DNA of 64,000 nt, taken from contig OZ251253.1 in NCBI GenBank assembly GCA_965240325.2, forward strand, positions 682,001 through 746,000, written 5' to 3'. Shown here one piece after another: positions 34,515 through 45,300 of this stretch (positions within the stretch are counted from its first letter, which is position 1; the number at the start of each line of letters is the position of its first letter). Under the pieces are notes generated by a model, which had not been told where the DNA came from, did no database searches, and saw only the letters and a list, made by a program, of their open reading frames with translations. The position numbers and the translations under genes are program-made. The DNA is from Rebecca billardiae RCC1528. Taxonomy: Eukaryota; Protista; Haptophyta.

Positions 34515-36914
34515 ATGGCGGCGCCGCACGCGCCGCTCGCCGAGGCGCTCGCGGCGGCGCGCTCGCTGCCGCGCGAGGTGGGCGTGATCCTGCTCGTCGA
34601 CTTCCTCAACTCATACCGCGCGTTCGGCCTCCGCTTCGTGCAGTACGCCTACCTCACCGCCGAGTTCGGGCTGAGCGACGCGCAGGCGGGCGCGGTGCTG
34701 GGCGCAGAGGCGTGGCTCAAGGTATTGTTCGGCCTGCTGGGCGCGCTGCTCGTGGACGTGCTCGGCGTGCGCGCGGTCGCGCTCGCCGCGCTCTCCGTCG
34801 CCGCCCTCGGCCGCGCCGTCCTCACCCTCACCCACTCGCCCGCCCTCGCCGTGGCCGCCATCGTCGGCCTCACGCCCGTGGGCGAGGCGCTGCTGAGCAC
34901 CGGACTTTACACGGTGGCGCTCAAGAAGCTGACGCACGAGGGCACGAGCGCGGTGGCCTTTGCGATCCAGTACGCCACATTCAACCTCGCCGGCGCGCTC
35001 GCCGACCTCGCCGTCGACGCGCTGCGCGCGCGCGACTGGCCGCTGCCGCCGGCGCTCGCGGGCGCGCTCGGCGGCGGCCGCGCGGTGTGGAGTGGGCTGC
35101 GGGTGCACCTGCTCGGCACGTGGCTCGCGGTGCTGCTGTGCCTGGCGGTGACGGCGCGGTACGTGTTCGACGTCGAGGTCGTGCGCGTGCCGGACGACGA
35201 GCACGCCCACGCCGACGCCGCCGGCGTGGGCGCCGAGGGCGGCAGCCGAGGCCGCGCCGGCGGCGACGGCGGCGACGCGGCTGCGCCGCGCTCGCCTCCG
35301 CAGGAAGAGCCGCGCCGCGCCGAGGCGCAGCGCGGCTCGGCGGATTCGGCGGGCGCTGGCCTGGCGCACGCGCACCCGCGGCGCGGGCTGCTCGCCGCCG
35401 ACGCGCGCGCGCCGCCGCCGAAGCTGGCGGCGGCGGCGGCCGCGGCGGCGGCGGCGGCCGAGCCGGCTGCGGCCGAGCGCGCGGCCGCCGACGGCGCAGA
35501 TCGGCGCGGCGGCGGCGGCGGCGGCGCGCCCGCGCCGCGGTACGTCGTCGTGCCCGCGCCGCCGCGCGGCTTCGACGGGCTTGGTGGCGGCGGCACCGAG
35601 GCCGGCGGCGGGCACGCCGCCGGCCGCGCGCACCGCCCGCGCCGCCCGCGCGGCGCGCTGCGCGCGTGCGCGCACGGCGCGCGCGCCGCGCGCTCGCAGC
35701 TCCTCGCCTTTGGCCGCTCGGCGCGCGGCCTGCTGCGCGTGCCGAGCTTCTGGCGCGCGGCGACGTTCTCGCTCTTCGCGGCGTTCGTGAGCAAGCAGTG
35801 GTCCGACATGGACACGCTCCTCCCCGCGTACCTCGAGCGCTTCCACGGCGAGGCGGTGCCGATCTACACGGTGCACTCGCTCAACACGTGGGGCTGCGTG
35901 CTGCTGCCGCCGCTCGCGGCCGCGCTGAGCGCGCGCAGGGAGGCGGTGGGCGTGATGCTGGGCGGGATGTGGCTGATGGCGCTGGCGCCGCTGCCGCTCG
36001 TCGCGCACCCGGGCGTGCGCTCCGCCGTCGCGTGGATCGCGCTGCTCACGCTCGGCGAGGTCCTCTGGTCGCCGCGCGCCACCGCATGGGTCGCCTCGCT
36101 CGCGCCGCGCGGCCGCGAGGGTATTTTCCTGGCCCTGACCGGCCTGCTCAAGCAGACGCTGGGCGGGCTGCCGGCGCCGCTGAACGGCGCGCTGCTCGGC
36201 AGGCTCGCGCCCAACTGCAAGCGCTGCCGCGACGCGCTCGGCCACTTCTGCGACACGCCCGCGCCCGGCGGCGGCGCGGAGGGCGGCGGCGCGTGCCGCT
36301 CGCGCGCCGAGCTGTGCGTCGGCCCGGCGTTTGAGCAAGCGCTCGGCGGCGGCGGCGGCGGCGGCGGCGGCGCGGTGTGCCCCGCGTCGTGCGCAGAGTG
36401 CCCCGGGTGGCACGGCGAGGCGCGCGCGCTGTGGGCCAGCGTGCTGCTCGTGAGCCTGCTCTCGCCCATCCTCGTCAGCGCCTTCCTGCCCTACCTGCGA
36501 GGCGGGCGCTGCCTCTGTCTGCGCAGTGCCGCAGAGGCCGAGGCGGCGGAGGCGCGGCGCGCGGAGGCGGAGGCGGAGGCGGAGGCGGAGGCGGAGGCGG
36601 AGGCGGCGCGCGCGGCGGGGCGCGGAGGTGCGCGCGCCGATGGTGACGGCGCCGCGGGCGCGGGGAGCGGCGCGGGCGCCGCTCGCGCGGCGGATGACGC
36701 GTGGGGCGACGCGCTCGAGCTCGCGCAGGTGGCGCAGGTTGCGCCACTGCCATCCGCGCGCGAACACGGCGCGCGCCGCCCGGCGGCCGCAGCCGACGAG
36801 GACGGCGACGGTCGCGGCGGTGCTGGATGTGACGGCTACGGTGACGGGTACGGCGACGGGTACGGCCTGCTGACCTCCGCCTCCACCTCCTCCTTCTCCT
36901 CCGCGCACGCTTGA
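34515..36914 (+). CDS. POT/PTR2-related MFS transporter, intronless
   Basis: N-terminal DFLNSYRAFG...YLTAEFGLSDAQAG...GALLVDVLGVR, AFAIQYATFNLAG, and C-terminal LGEVLWSPRA..WVASLAPRGREGIFLAL typical of POT-like carriers. The canonical ExxER motif is absent. A Cys-rich loop precedes the last TM. Confidence 0.75.
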   Translation: MAAPHAPLAEALAAARSLPREVGVILLVDFLNSYRAFGLRFVQYAYLTAEFGLSDAQAGAVLGAEAWLKVLFGLLGALLVDVLGVRAVALAALSVAALGRAVLTLTHSPALAVAAIVGLTPVGEALLSTGLYTVALKKLTHEGTSAVAFAIQYATFNLAGALADLAVDALRARDWPLPPALAGALGGGRAVWSGLRVHLLGTWLAVLLCLAVTARYVFDVEVVRVPDDEHAHADAAGVGAEGGSRGRAGGDGGDAAAPRSPPQEEPRRAEAQRGSADSAGAGLAHAHPRRGLLAADARAPPPKLAAAAAAAAAAAEPAAAERAAADGADRRGGGGGGAPAPRYVVVPAPPRGFDGLGGGGTEAGGGHAAGRAHRPRRPRGALRACAHGARAARSQLLAFGRSARGLLRVPSFWRAATFSLFAAFVSKQWSDMDTLLPAYLERFHGEAVPIYTVHSLNTWGCVLLPPLAAALSARREAVGVMLGGMWLMALAPLPLVAHPGVRSAVAWIALLTLGEVLWSPRATAWVASLAPRGREGIFLALTGLLKQTLGGLPAPLNGALLGRLAPNCKRCRDALGHFCDTPAPGGGAEGGGACRSRAELCVGPAFEQALGGGGGGGGGAVCPASCAECPGWHGEARALWASVLLVSLLSPILVSAFLPYLRGGRCLCLRSAAEAEAAEARRAEAEAEAEAEAEAEAARAAGRGGARADGDGAAGAGSGAGAARAADDAWGDALELAQVAQVAPLPSAREHGARRPAAAADEDGDGRGGAGCDGYGDGYGDGYGLLTSASTSSFSSAHA

Positions 36915-37682
36915 CGCGCCGCGTACTCGGTGCCGGCACGGCGGCTGCCGTCGGGGCGCTGGTCGGCGCCGCCATTGACAGGCATAGTCAGAACTTTGCT
37001 TGATGCGTCGTCGTCGCGCTCGGGCGCGCCTACTCTGCCGGTTGGGACCGACAGCATCAGCCTCGTCATCTGCCGCCTGCTGTTCTTGACATCTGACCCG
37101 CCAGGCTGATCGAGTGATCCGCGCGCTGCCGTCGTCCTGCGTTAATAATCCGGCGCGGCTCAAACACACCGCGTGACACTGCAGTGCACGTACGTATGGA
37201 ACCCATTCCATAGTCCGCCAGAGGCAGAGGGTGGGCGGGCGGGCAAAGGATGCATGAAGCGTGCGCGCGGGTTGACGCGACAGCGGCGAGAGCAAGAGGC
37301 CATTGCATGAGGGGCGACGCGGCGAGGACAGATGACGTCGTCGCGCCGCCGACGATCAGGCGGGGAGCCGGGCCACACAGACAGCCAGCGACCTTACCGA
37401 GCAGAGGGGCTGCGGCGACTGCGGTGCACCTCCTGCAGCGGAGCGTGCACCCGGCAGTGCCCGTGATGCAGGCGATCCCCCTGCCCAGCTCGGCGCCTTC
37501 GTCGTGGGCAGCCCGATGTCGCCCGAAGAGCGAGACCTGATGGCCACGACGATGGGCGGTAATCAACCGAGTCCTGGCGGGTGCGCCGCTGTGTGCCGGA
37601 TTGGCAGCGCACCAGGACAGTCCTGCGCGCGGCGGTGCGCGCGGGACCGCAACGCAGGAATGCCATGCTAGCCGGATTCTTG

Positions 37683-37726
37683 GCGTCGCTCATAGACACT
37701 CAGTTATAGGTTCCCTATAACGCCAC
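37683..37726 (+). mobile_element. Hairpin end of a divergent member of the GTCTAG...CCCAC element family (other end not found)
   Basis: GCGTCGCTCA-TAGAC-ACTCA-GTTATAGG-TTC-CCTATAAC-GCCAC|ATAT aligns with the family end CGTCCTCT-TAGAC-AATCA-GTTATTG-TAC-CAATAAC-CCCAC, with a compensatory stem change. Confidence 0.7.
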
Positions 37727-37736
37727 ATATATATAT

Positions 37737-39479
37737 GTCTAGCCGTCCTCGTGAACGCCGACGCCAACTGCTGGCCGAAGGTGGGCACGCCGCCTGGCAT
37801 GTCGATGCCGAGGCGGCTGCGTGTGTTCCTACTCAGTGGGATTTACGTGTCCTCATGCCTTGGCGAGCGGCAGCAGATGCGGTGGGCATGCCGCTCGCCG
37901 TCGACGAGACGCGGTGCGTGAGTGATCCCGCGCGGACGTCCGCTGACGGAAGGCTGAGCGCCTGCGGACTCGTCGACTGCACCTCCACCTGACCGCCCGG
38001 GAGCAGCACTGCTGGGGACCTAACCTGAAAAACCCAATCGTGTTGGGAGGCAGGGGGTCACATGAGCCCTAAGTGCAGCGCCGCAAGACCGGGCGGTCGG
38101 ACGGCGGGTGTTGTGATCCCGCCGCCCGAGCACCAGACCAACGGGCCCTGGGTGGGCGGGTTGCCGAAAGATGTTGGTCGGTGCACGCGACGCGCCACCC
38201 GCGTGCGAGCCGCCGCCGCCGGCGACGCAGGACGAGCTTGGCTGGAGCCATCTCGCACGCCGCGCCTGGCGAAGCAGGCGGCAGAGGCCGGCGCCGGAAA
38301 TCGATCTCCTGGGCGGCAGAACAACCCGGACAGACTGTTTGTCCGGGAGCAGCGCCCTTTGAGGCGATGGTCTGGTAGAGGGCGATGTGGCTGATGAGCG
38401 GCGCTGGCGCCCGGCGTTCTTGTCGTCCTCTTAGACAATCAGTTATTGTACCAATAACCCCACGTCTAGCCGTCCTCGTGAACGCCGACGCCAACTGCTG
38501 GCCGAAGGTGGGCACGCCGCCTGGCATGTCGATGCCGAGGCGGCTGCGTGTGTTCCTACTCAGTGGGATTTACGTGTCCTCATGCCTTGGCGAGCGGCAG
38601 CAGATGCGGTGGGCATGCCGCTCGCCGTCGACGAGACGCGGTGCGTGAGTGATCCCGTTTCATAGTGTGTTGGGGAGCACCGCGTGGAGGAGAATCCCAT
38701 TGAGTGATGGGAAGGAAAGGGGCAAGGCACGTGTGAGTCGCGCACGCACGAGGGCCGGCCAGCGGGGGCTGGGCAGGTGGGGCAGTGCGAGTGAGACGGA
38801 ACCCGAATAGGAGAGATAGCAGGCAGCCGGCCCCGAGGCGCGGCGCTGCGGAAGCAGGAGAAGGCTAGACGGCCTTTGCGGATGCTGTGAATGGCCCGCG
38901 GGTGCGCACGGGGCCCGGCGCGCGGTGTGCCGCCAGCGGTCCTTGTGTAGGAGCCGGCTGGCGTTGGCACCGGGGCGATCCCGAGGCAGGGCGGGAGAGA
39001 TGGAGCAGCGATCCGCGTGGGGGCGCACCCACGGAGGAGGAGGCATGTGGCGAAGAGGGAACGGTGCGATCGGGGCGGGTGCGGAAGAGCCACAGGGTGC
39101 GCACGCACACAGAGAGAGAAGAGGCGGTGGCCCGAAGCGCGAGGGGGCGCGATGCGGAGCGTTGCTTACCGCCGAGTTGCCGAAAGATGTTGGTCGGTGC
39201 ACGCGACGCGCCACCCGCGTGCGAGCCGCCGCCGCCGGCGACGCAGGACGAGCTTGGCTGGAGCCATCTCGCACGCCGCGCCTGGCGAAGCAGGCGGCAG
39301 AGGCCGGCGCCGGAAATCGATCTCCTGGGCGGCAGAACAACCCGGACAGACTGTTTGTCCGGGAGCAGCGCCCTTTGAGGCGATGGTCTGGTAGAGGGCG
39401 ATGTGGCTGATGAGCGGCGCTGGCGCCCGGCGTTCTTGTCGTCCTCTTAGACAATCAGTTATTGTACCAATAACCCCAC
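37737..39479 (+). mobile_element. Head-to-tail dimer of non-autonomous hairpin-ended elements (unit 1 37737-38463; unit 2 38464-39479)
   Basis: Each unit is a shared ~195-bp module starting GTCTAGCCGTCCTC, then a unit-specific middle, then a shared ~305-bp module ending TAGACAATCAGTTATTGTACCAATAACCCCAC. The junction CCCCAC|GTCTAG has no spacer. The outer flanks are (AT)n. Confidence 0.85.
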
Positions 39480-39491
39480 ATATATATATAT

Positions 39492-39783
<292 letters not shown>

Positions 39784-40663
39784 TGCTACTAGTCATCGAG
39801 TGAAATCTATATACGACGACATATATGTATATATGATATCATGCATATCATCGTCCGCGTCGTCGCATCGCGTCGTACGTAGCAGCAGTCGTCGCGTCAC
39901 TCGCGTCGTCACGTCGTCGCGCGATCATCGTAGATCACTGACGACGCCGACGACTACGACACTACGACTGATGCCTTCGTCAGACGAACGAATATGAACG
40001 ATATCCGAGCAGTTCGCTAATGATATGTCGATCGCGCCCGCCGTCACGCGTGCTGCTGTCTGACGAGTCTGTCGTCGTCGTCAAAGTGTCATCATCCGCC
40101 GCGTGATATGATGCTGCTACGTAGTACGTACTGATGATATGATCGGATCGATCCGGCCACCGTAGTGATCAGACTCGACGATGCTGATATATATACTTGC
40201 TGCTGATATGCATGATGCAGCACGCGGTAGCGCTGCCTGGCAGAGTTGCTATGCTGCTCAATAACGTAAAGTAGCAGCAGTATAGTGATTCAGCATCACT
40301 GCGCTGCTCGTCTTGACCGCCTCCGGCCGACTGCCAGCCACTCGGCAGCCAGCAGCCGCACACGCGCCACCGGCACCGCCCGCGATGCTGTCGTCACCAT
40401 CGTCAGTTTCGGAAACAAGTTTGCGCTGCTGCCATGCGGCCGCGACCCGGCCGCCGCCGCTACTGAGCGGCTGCACGCGAGGTTGATATGATGTATGTGC
40501 ACAGACACACGCGCGCGCGCTCCCTCGCCACGCTGTGTGACGCGCGCGCGGCACCGGGCGCGGCCGCGGGCTGCGCGCCCCGCACCCCGCGCCCGCGCGC
40601 GTGCCCGCCCGCCGTTCCGCGCCGCGCGCGCGCGCCGGCGCCCGCCGAGGCGCCCCCCTCGGC

Positions 40664-42848
40664 TCACTTGCGCAGCGTGTCGTCCATCGAGACGATCGAC
40701 GAGCGCGACTTGATCGACGACTGCGGCGCCGTCGTGATGTCGCGGCCGTACTGCGCCGTGCGCCACCAATCATACGCCACGCTCGAGCGGTTGCGCGAGG
40801 AGAGAAGCTTCGAGAAGTAGACGGAGCGCCAGAAGGCGAAGGCGGAGACGCCGGAGACCTTGACCTCGTCGTCGGGCGCCCACTGCCCGTACAGCGTGCG
40901 CCACACCGCGTGGTCCTGCGACTTGGACTTGCCGAACGGGTTGGTGACCTGTGCCACCGCCTTGGCCGCACCCACGTATGCGAGAGCGCCCTTGTGGTCG
41001 TACTTGAAGGGGGCGGCGGCGCCGATCGGCTCGGGGGCGCCGCCCTTGGGGAGGACGACGTCGCGGAAGAGGCGGCCGAGGTACTTGCCCGCCTGCTGCG
41101 CGACCTGCGCCGTCGGCGGCGCGCCGGTGAACGCGCAGTCGCCCAGCGCCCACACGTGCGGCGCCCCCTGCACCTGCGGACAGCGGCGGCGGCGGCGGCG
41201 GCGGCGTGGGGTGCGGCGTGGGGTGCACCGGCGGCGGCGGGCGGCGAGGCGCGCGTGAGCGCGTGCCGCGCGCGGCGCGCCCTGCGCCCGCGGCGCGGCG
41301 CGGCGCTTGGCGCGCGCGGGCGCGGCGCTTGGCGCGCACCCGCAGCTGCCCGTCCACCTTGAGGCCACGCCTGTCGTTTTGAATCTCCGGCCCAATCTGC
41401 GCCTGCAGCGCGCGCGTGAGCGGCCGCGGCGCGACGCCCGCCACCCACACCACCATCGCCGTGTCGAGCCGCGTCGGCTTGGCGTTCTTGGGGGCGTCCT
41501 TCGCGGTGGGCTTGATGTTGGCGTAGTCCTGCCCCACCTCGCACACCTGCGCCGCCGCCGCGAGGGGCGGGGCGCGCTCGGCTTGGCTCGGGCGCGGGCA
41601 TGCGGCGCGGCGCGCGGCGCGGCGCGGCCATGCGCTGCTGCGCTGAGCGCGGCGTGCGTGCGTGTGTGCGTGTATGCGTGCGTGCGCGCACCCCCATCTG
41701 CAGCTTGACGTCGACGCCGCGCTCCCTGAGGTTGCTCATCGCGTACTCGCTCAGCTGCGGCTCGAACATGTTGAGCAGCCGCGGCAGCACCTCCACCTGC
41801 GAGACAAGCGCAGCGCAGCGCGGCACGGCCACAGCGCGCCGGGCGCAGACGCGCGGCGCGCGCTCAGCCGCGCGACGCGCGCCACGGCGCGCCGCCCGCT
41901 CGCACCCCACGCCCGCGCACGCCGCACGCCGCACCGCGCCCCGCCCGCCCCGCGCGGCGCGCACCAGCGTGATCTTGACGCGCCCGGCGATGGCGGGGAA
42001 GCGCTCGCTCACGTCGTCCGACACAAAGTCAGACAGCTCGCCGCACAGCTCGACGCCCGTGGGCCCGCCGCCGACCACGACGAAGTGGAGGAGCTTGTCC
42101 ACCGAGGCGGGCGGCGCGCCGGCGAGGAAGAGCGCGTTCGCGTGCTCCAGGCACGCCAGCACCCGCCGCTGCACCATCTGCGCGTGCTCGAGCTCCTTGA
42201 GGAAGAGGGCGTGCGTCTCCACGCCCTTGATCCCGAACGTGTTGGGCTGCACGCCCACCGCCACCACGAGCTCGTCGTACGGCACGGAGAGGGAGGCGCC
42301 GCCGCCGGGGATCACGCACGAGACTGGCGGCGGGGGAAGGGGCGGGCGGGCGGCGGCGCAGCCACCGCGGCTCAGCGGAGGCGCGCGCGCACCGCGCACC
42401 GCGCGCGCACACACGCGCGCGCGCGCGCGGTGCCGCGCCGCGGCCGCCGCCGCGCGTGTGCGTGTGGCCGTGCGTGTGTGTGTGTGCGTGCGTGTGCGAG
42501 TGCGTGTGTGCGTGCGTGTGCGTGTGCGTGTGCGTGTGCGTGTGCGTGTGTGTGCGTGCGTGTGCGTGCGTGTGCGTGTGGGCGCGCGCACCGCTCTGCT
42601 TGGCGAGGTCGACCTCGCTCACCTCCGCCTTGACGTACTGCACGCCCGCGCGGCCGGTGCGGGTGCAGAAGTTCCGGATCGGCTCGAGGATGTTCCGGAA
42701 CGAGACGGTGCCCGTGGCCGAGCCCGCCAGCAGCGGCGTGTCTGGGCGCGTGCGCGGAGAGGAGAGGCGCGCGGGGGAGCGGCGAGGGCGAGGGTGAGGG
42801 CCGCGCGCCCGGCGCAAACCCCATGGCCGCGCGCCGCCGTCGCCTCCC

Positions 42849-42881
<33 letters not shown>

Positions 42882-43338
42882 AGCAACCACCGCCGGTACT
42901 ACTCCCGCGCGTGCGCAGTGCCGTGCCGTGCCGTGCGCTGCGCGCTGCGCGTTGCGCGCGCACAGAAGAAGTACGGGCGGGGTGAGATCACGGTGATGTC
43001 ACACAGCTCAGGGTCCACCTTGCGGATGAAGCTCAGCGCGCCCCAGCTGCGGGGAGCACGCACGCGTGCACGTGGTGCGGGGGAGGGCGCGGGCACCGCG
43101 TCAGCGCCCTCGCCCCGCCTTTGCGCGCGCGCCGCCCGCCTTCCCCCCACCCCCGCCGCACCCACCCAGAGCCGAGCACGACGACTTTCTTCTTGGGGCC
43201 CTCGGGCTTGGGCGGCGGCGAGAAGAAGCGCTTGGCCGGCTCGGTCCAGTCGTCCACCTCGTCGTTGATCACGGCGTCCGCCGCGATGAGTGCGCCCACG
43301 CCGGCCACGCCCGCGACGGCGAGGCGTCGCAGCCACAT
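40664..43338 (-). CDS. Type II (alternative, rotenone-insensitive) NADH:quinone oxidoreductase; 7 exons (introns 43165-43047, 42963-42742, 42591-42324, 41964-41797, 41691-41547, 41339-41174)
   Basis: The spliced protein has [44 protein letters not shown]...[49 protein letters not shown] and WRSVYFSK. All six introns are GT..CAG and restore conserved motifs. Confidence 0.93.
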
Positions 43339-43615
43339 GGCGGTCCTGGGTGGGGAGCTGATGCGCCGCTGCTGCAGCCCTGCGCGTCTCCTGGGCTGGG
43401 CTGGGGAGAGGAATCATCAGCGCCGGACGTTTGACGTTTCAAATCTCGTCAACCGGCCCTGGCTGGTGGAGCACAGCTCTCGGCAGACCCGGACTCGTCG
43501 ACTGGGCGGCGGTAAGGCGGTTGGCCTCCCTTCCAGCCGGGGCCACGGTCAGTCCAAATCAGTCCCGGCAGAAGCGGGAGACTACGTGCGCACGCTACGG
43601 CGGCAGGACCGCCCG

Positions 43616-44545
43616 TCAGGCGAAGCCCTTGCCGCGCTTGCCCTTCGTCTTGACACGCCCGCGGCTGCCCCCGTCCCACTCCGCCGGCCGCTCCACCACG
43701 TACTTCTCGCCCTTGGCCACGCGCACCGCCTCGCCCTCGCGGTACCGCACGGCGGGCGCGCCGCACCCTGGGCCTGAGCCGCGCCCGGAGCGGGGGCCGC
43801 CGCCGCCGTGCTTCGGCGCGCCGTACGGCAGGCGCGGCGGCGCGAGCGGCGCGTCGGGCGCGACGACGGCCACCTCGCCGTACCGCGACACCGTCCCGCG
43901 CCGCAGCTCGCGCTCGCGCCGCTCCTCCGCGCGCGCGCGCTCGCGCCGGCACGCGTGCGCCGCGCTCGCCTCGCGCTCGAGCGCCGCCAGCTCGGCCGCG
44001 CTGCGCTCGAGCAGGTACTCCGCGGCGGCAGAGGCGTCCGAGGCGCACGTGGCGTGCAGCACGTGCGAGAGCAGCACGTCCGACGCCGACGGGTGCAGCG
44101 CGCGCAAAAACTCGAGGCTCGGGTCGCGCGCCGCCGCCGCCGCCGTGTCGGCGGCGGCGCCCGCCTCCGACGCCGTGTCCGCACCGCCGCGCCGCTCGAC
44201 GAGCGCGGCGCTTAGATCGAGCGGCGCGGCGGCGACGGGCTCGGGCGACCACGAGCTGGTCGGCGACGACGCCACCCCGCCAGATGAGCCGCTCGCGTCG
44301 GGCGCCACCGCCGCGGCGATGCGCTCGGCGGCGGCGTGCACCGCCGCGCGCTCGGCCGCGCTCAGCTCGCAGCCGGTGGTCGCCTCGACGAGCGACGGCG
44401 CGTCCTCGTCGTCGTCCGCGGTGAGCGAGAGGATCGATTCGGCGAGGTACGAGAGCACCGGCTCGTCCACGTCGCCGAGCGCGGGCACCGCCCGGCGCAG
44501 CAGCTCGAGCGCGTCCTCGCCCCCGCCAGCGCCCGAGGCGGCCAT
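43616..44545 (-). CDS. CUE-domain protein, CUEDC2-like
   Basis: N-terminal DEPVLSYLAESIL, CUE-like LEFLRALHPSAS...VLHATCASDASAAAEYLLE, and C-terminal VRYREGEAV..AKGEKY resembling the CUEDC2 tail. Confidence 0.65.
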   Translation of the reverse strand: MAASGAGGGEDALELLRRAVPALGDVDEPVLSYLAESILSLTADDDEDAPSLVEATTGCELSAAERAAVHAAAERIAAAVAPDASGSSGGVASSPTSSWSPEPVAAAPLDLSAALVERRGGADTASEAGAAADTAAAAARDPSLEFLRALHPSASDVLLSHVLHATCASDASAAAEYLLERSAAELAALEREASAAHACRRERARAEERRERELRRGTVSRYGEVAVVAPDAPLAPPRLPYGAPKHGGGGPRSGRGSGPGCGAPAVRYREGEAVRVAKGEKYVVERPAEWDGGSRGRVKTKGKRGKGFA

Positions 44546-45300
44546 CGCTGTAGGCCGTTGACTGTTTTCAGGAATTTATTGTGCCCCGGCTGGCCGGCTT
44601 CATCAGTGGGTTCCTGAATCCTGACCAGTGGCGGCATGCCGCCCGGCTCGTCGCCCCCAACGCACCTCGCCCACTGTGAGTGCTCAGAGTCCCGGCGTCA
44701 TCGCCGGATCGTCCGTCGGGGTGGATGCCGGGCAAGTAGACACCGCTTGGAAGGGCATGTGCCGCTTCGGCATGCTGTCATCCGTCGTCTCTGCCACCTT
44801 GTCCTCGACGCGCGGTCTGCACGGCAGTAAAACGCGACAGCTTGCACGTGCTGCCCGTTGCACGCCCGAAATACGTGTTAGTGCGTGCTGACGCCACTGG
44901 AGTAGCAACGCGCTGCGCGTTGACCCTGGTAGAGAGGAGCCGAGCGACTGATGCGTCCTGTAGCTGCTCTCATTTCTATTTCGAACCGTGCGCGCGATGA
45001 CGATCAGCATCCGATGGCTGCCGCGTTGCTCACGGTGTGGCTTACAGGCTGTCGCGAGAGGCGTGAGAGGGCTACTCGGCTGGATGGTGGGTATGGGGCG
45101 ATGCTAGGGCCTCTCTAGCGACGCCCAGGCCCGACAGCGGCGCGTGGCGTGGCGCTCATTGCTATTTCAAGCGGCCATCGGCCGGGCGGTCGCTGCGGGG
45201 CACAACCTTTCCTGAGCTGTCCTGAACCCTCGTTTTTACCCCCATACGTCGGCTACTCGGCTTGTAGCCTTGGACGACCGAGGTCGACCGGGACTCCATC

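Noticed and set aside
37737-39479. Element dimer as an LTR retroelement/TRIM or SINE
   Set aside because: The repeated modules alternate A-x-B-A-y-B rather than flanking an interior as LTRs. There is no PBS/PPT, poly-A tail or Pol III box, and a monomer with the same ends but an unrelated interior exists.
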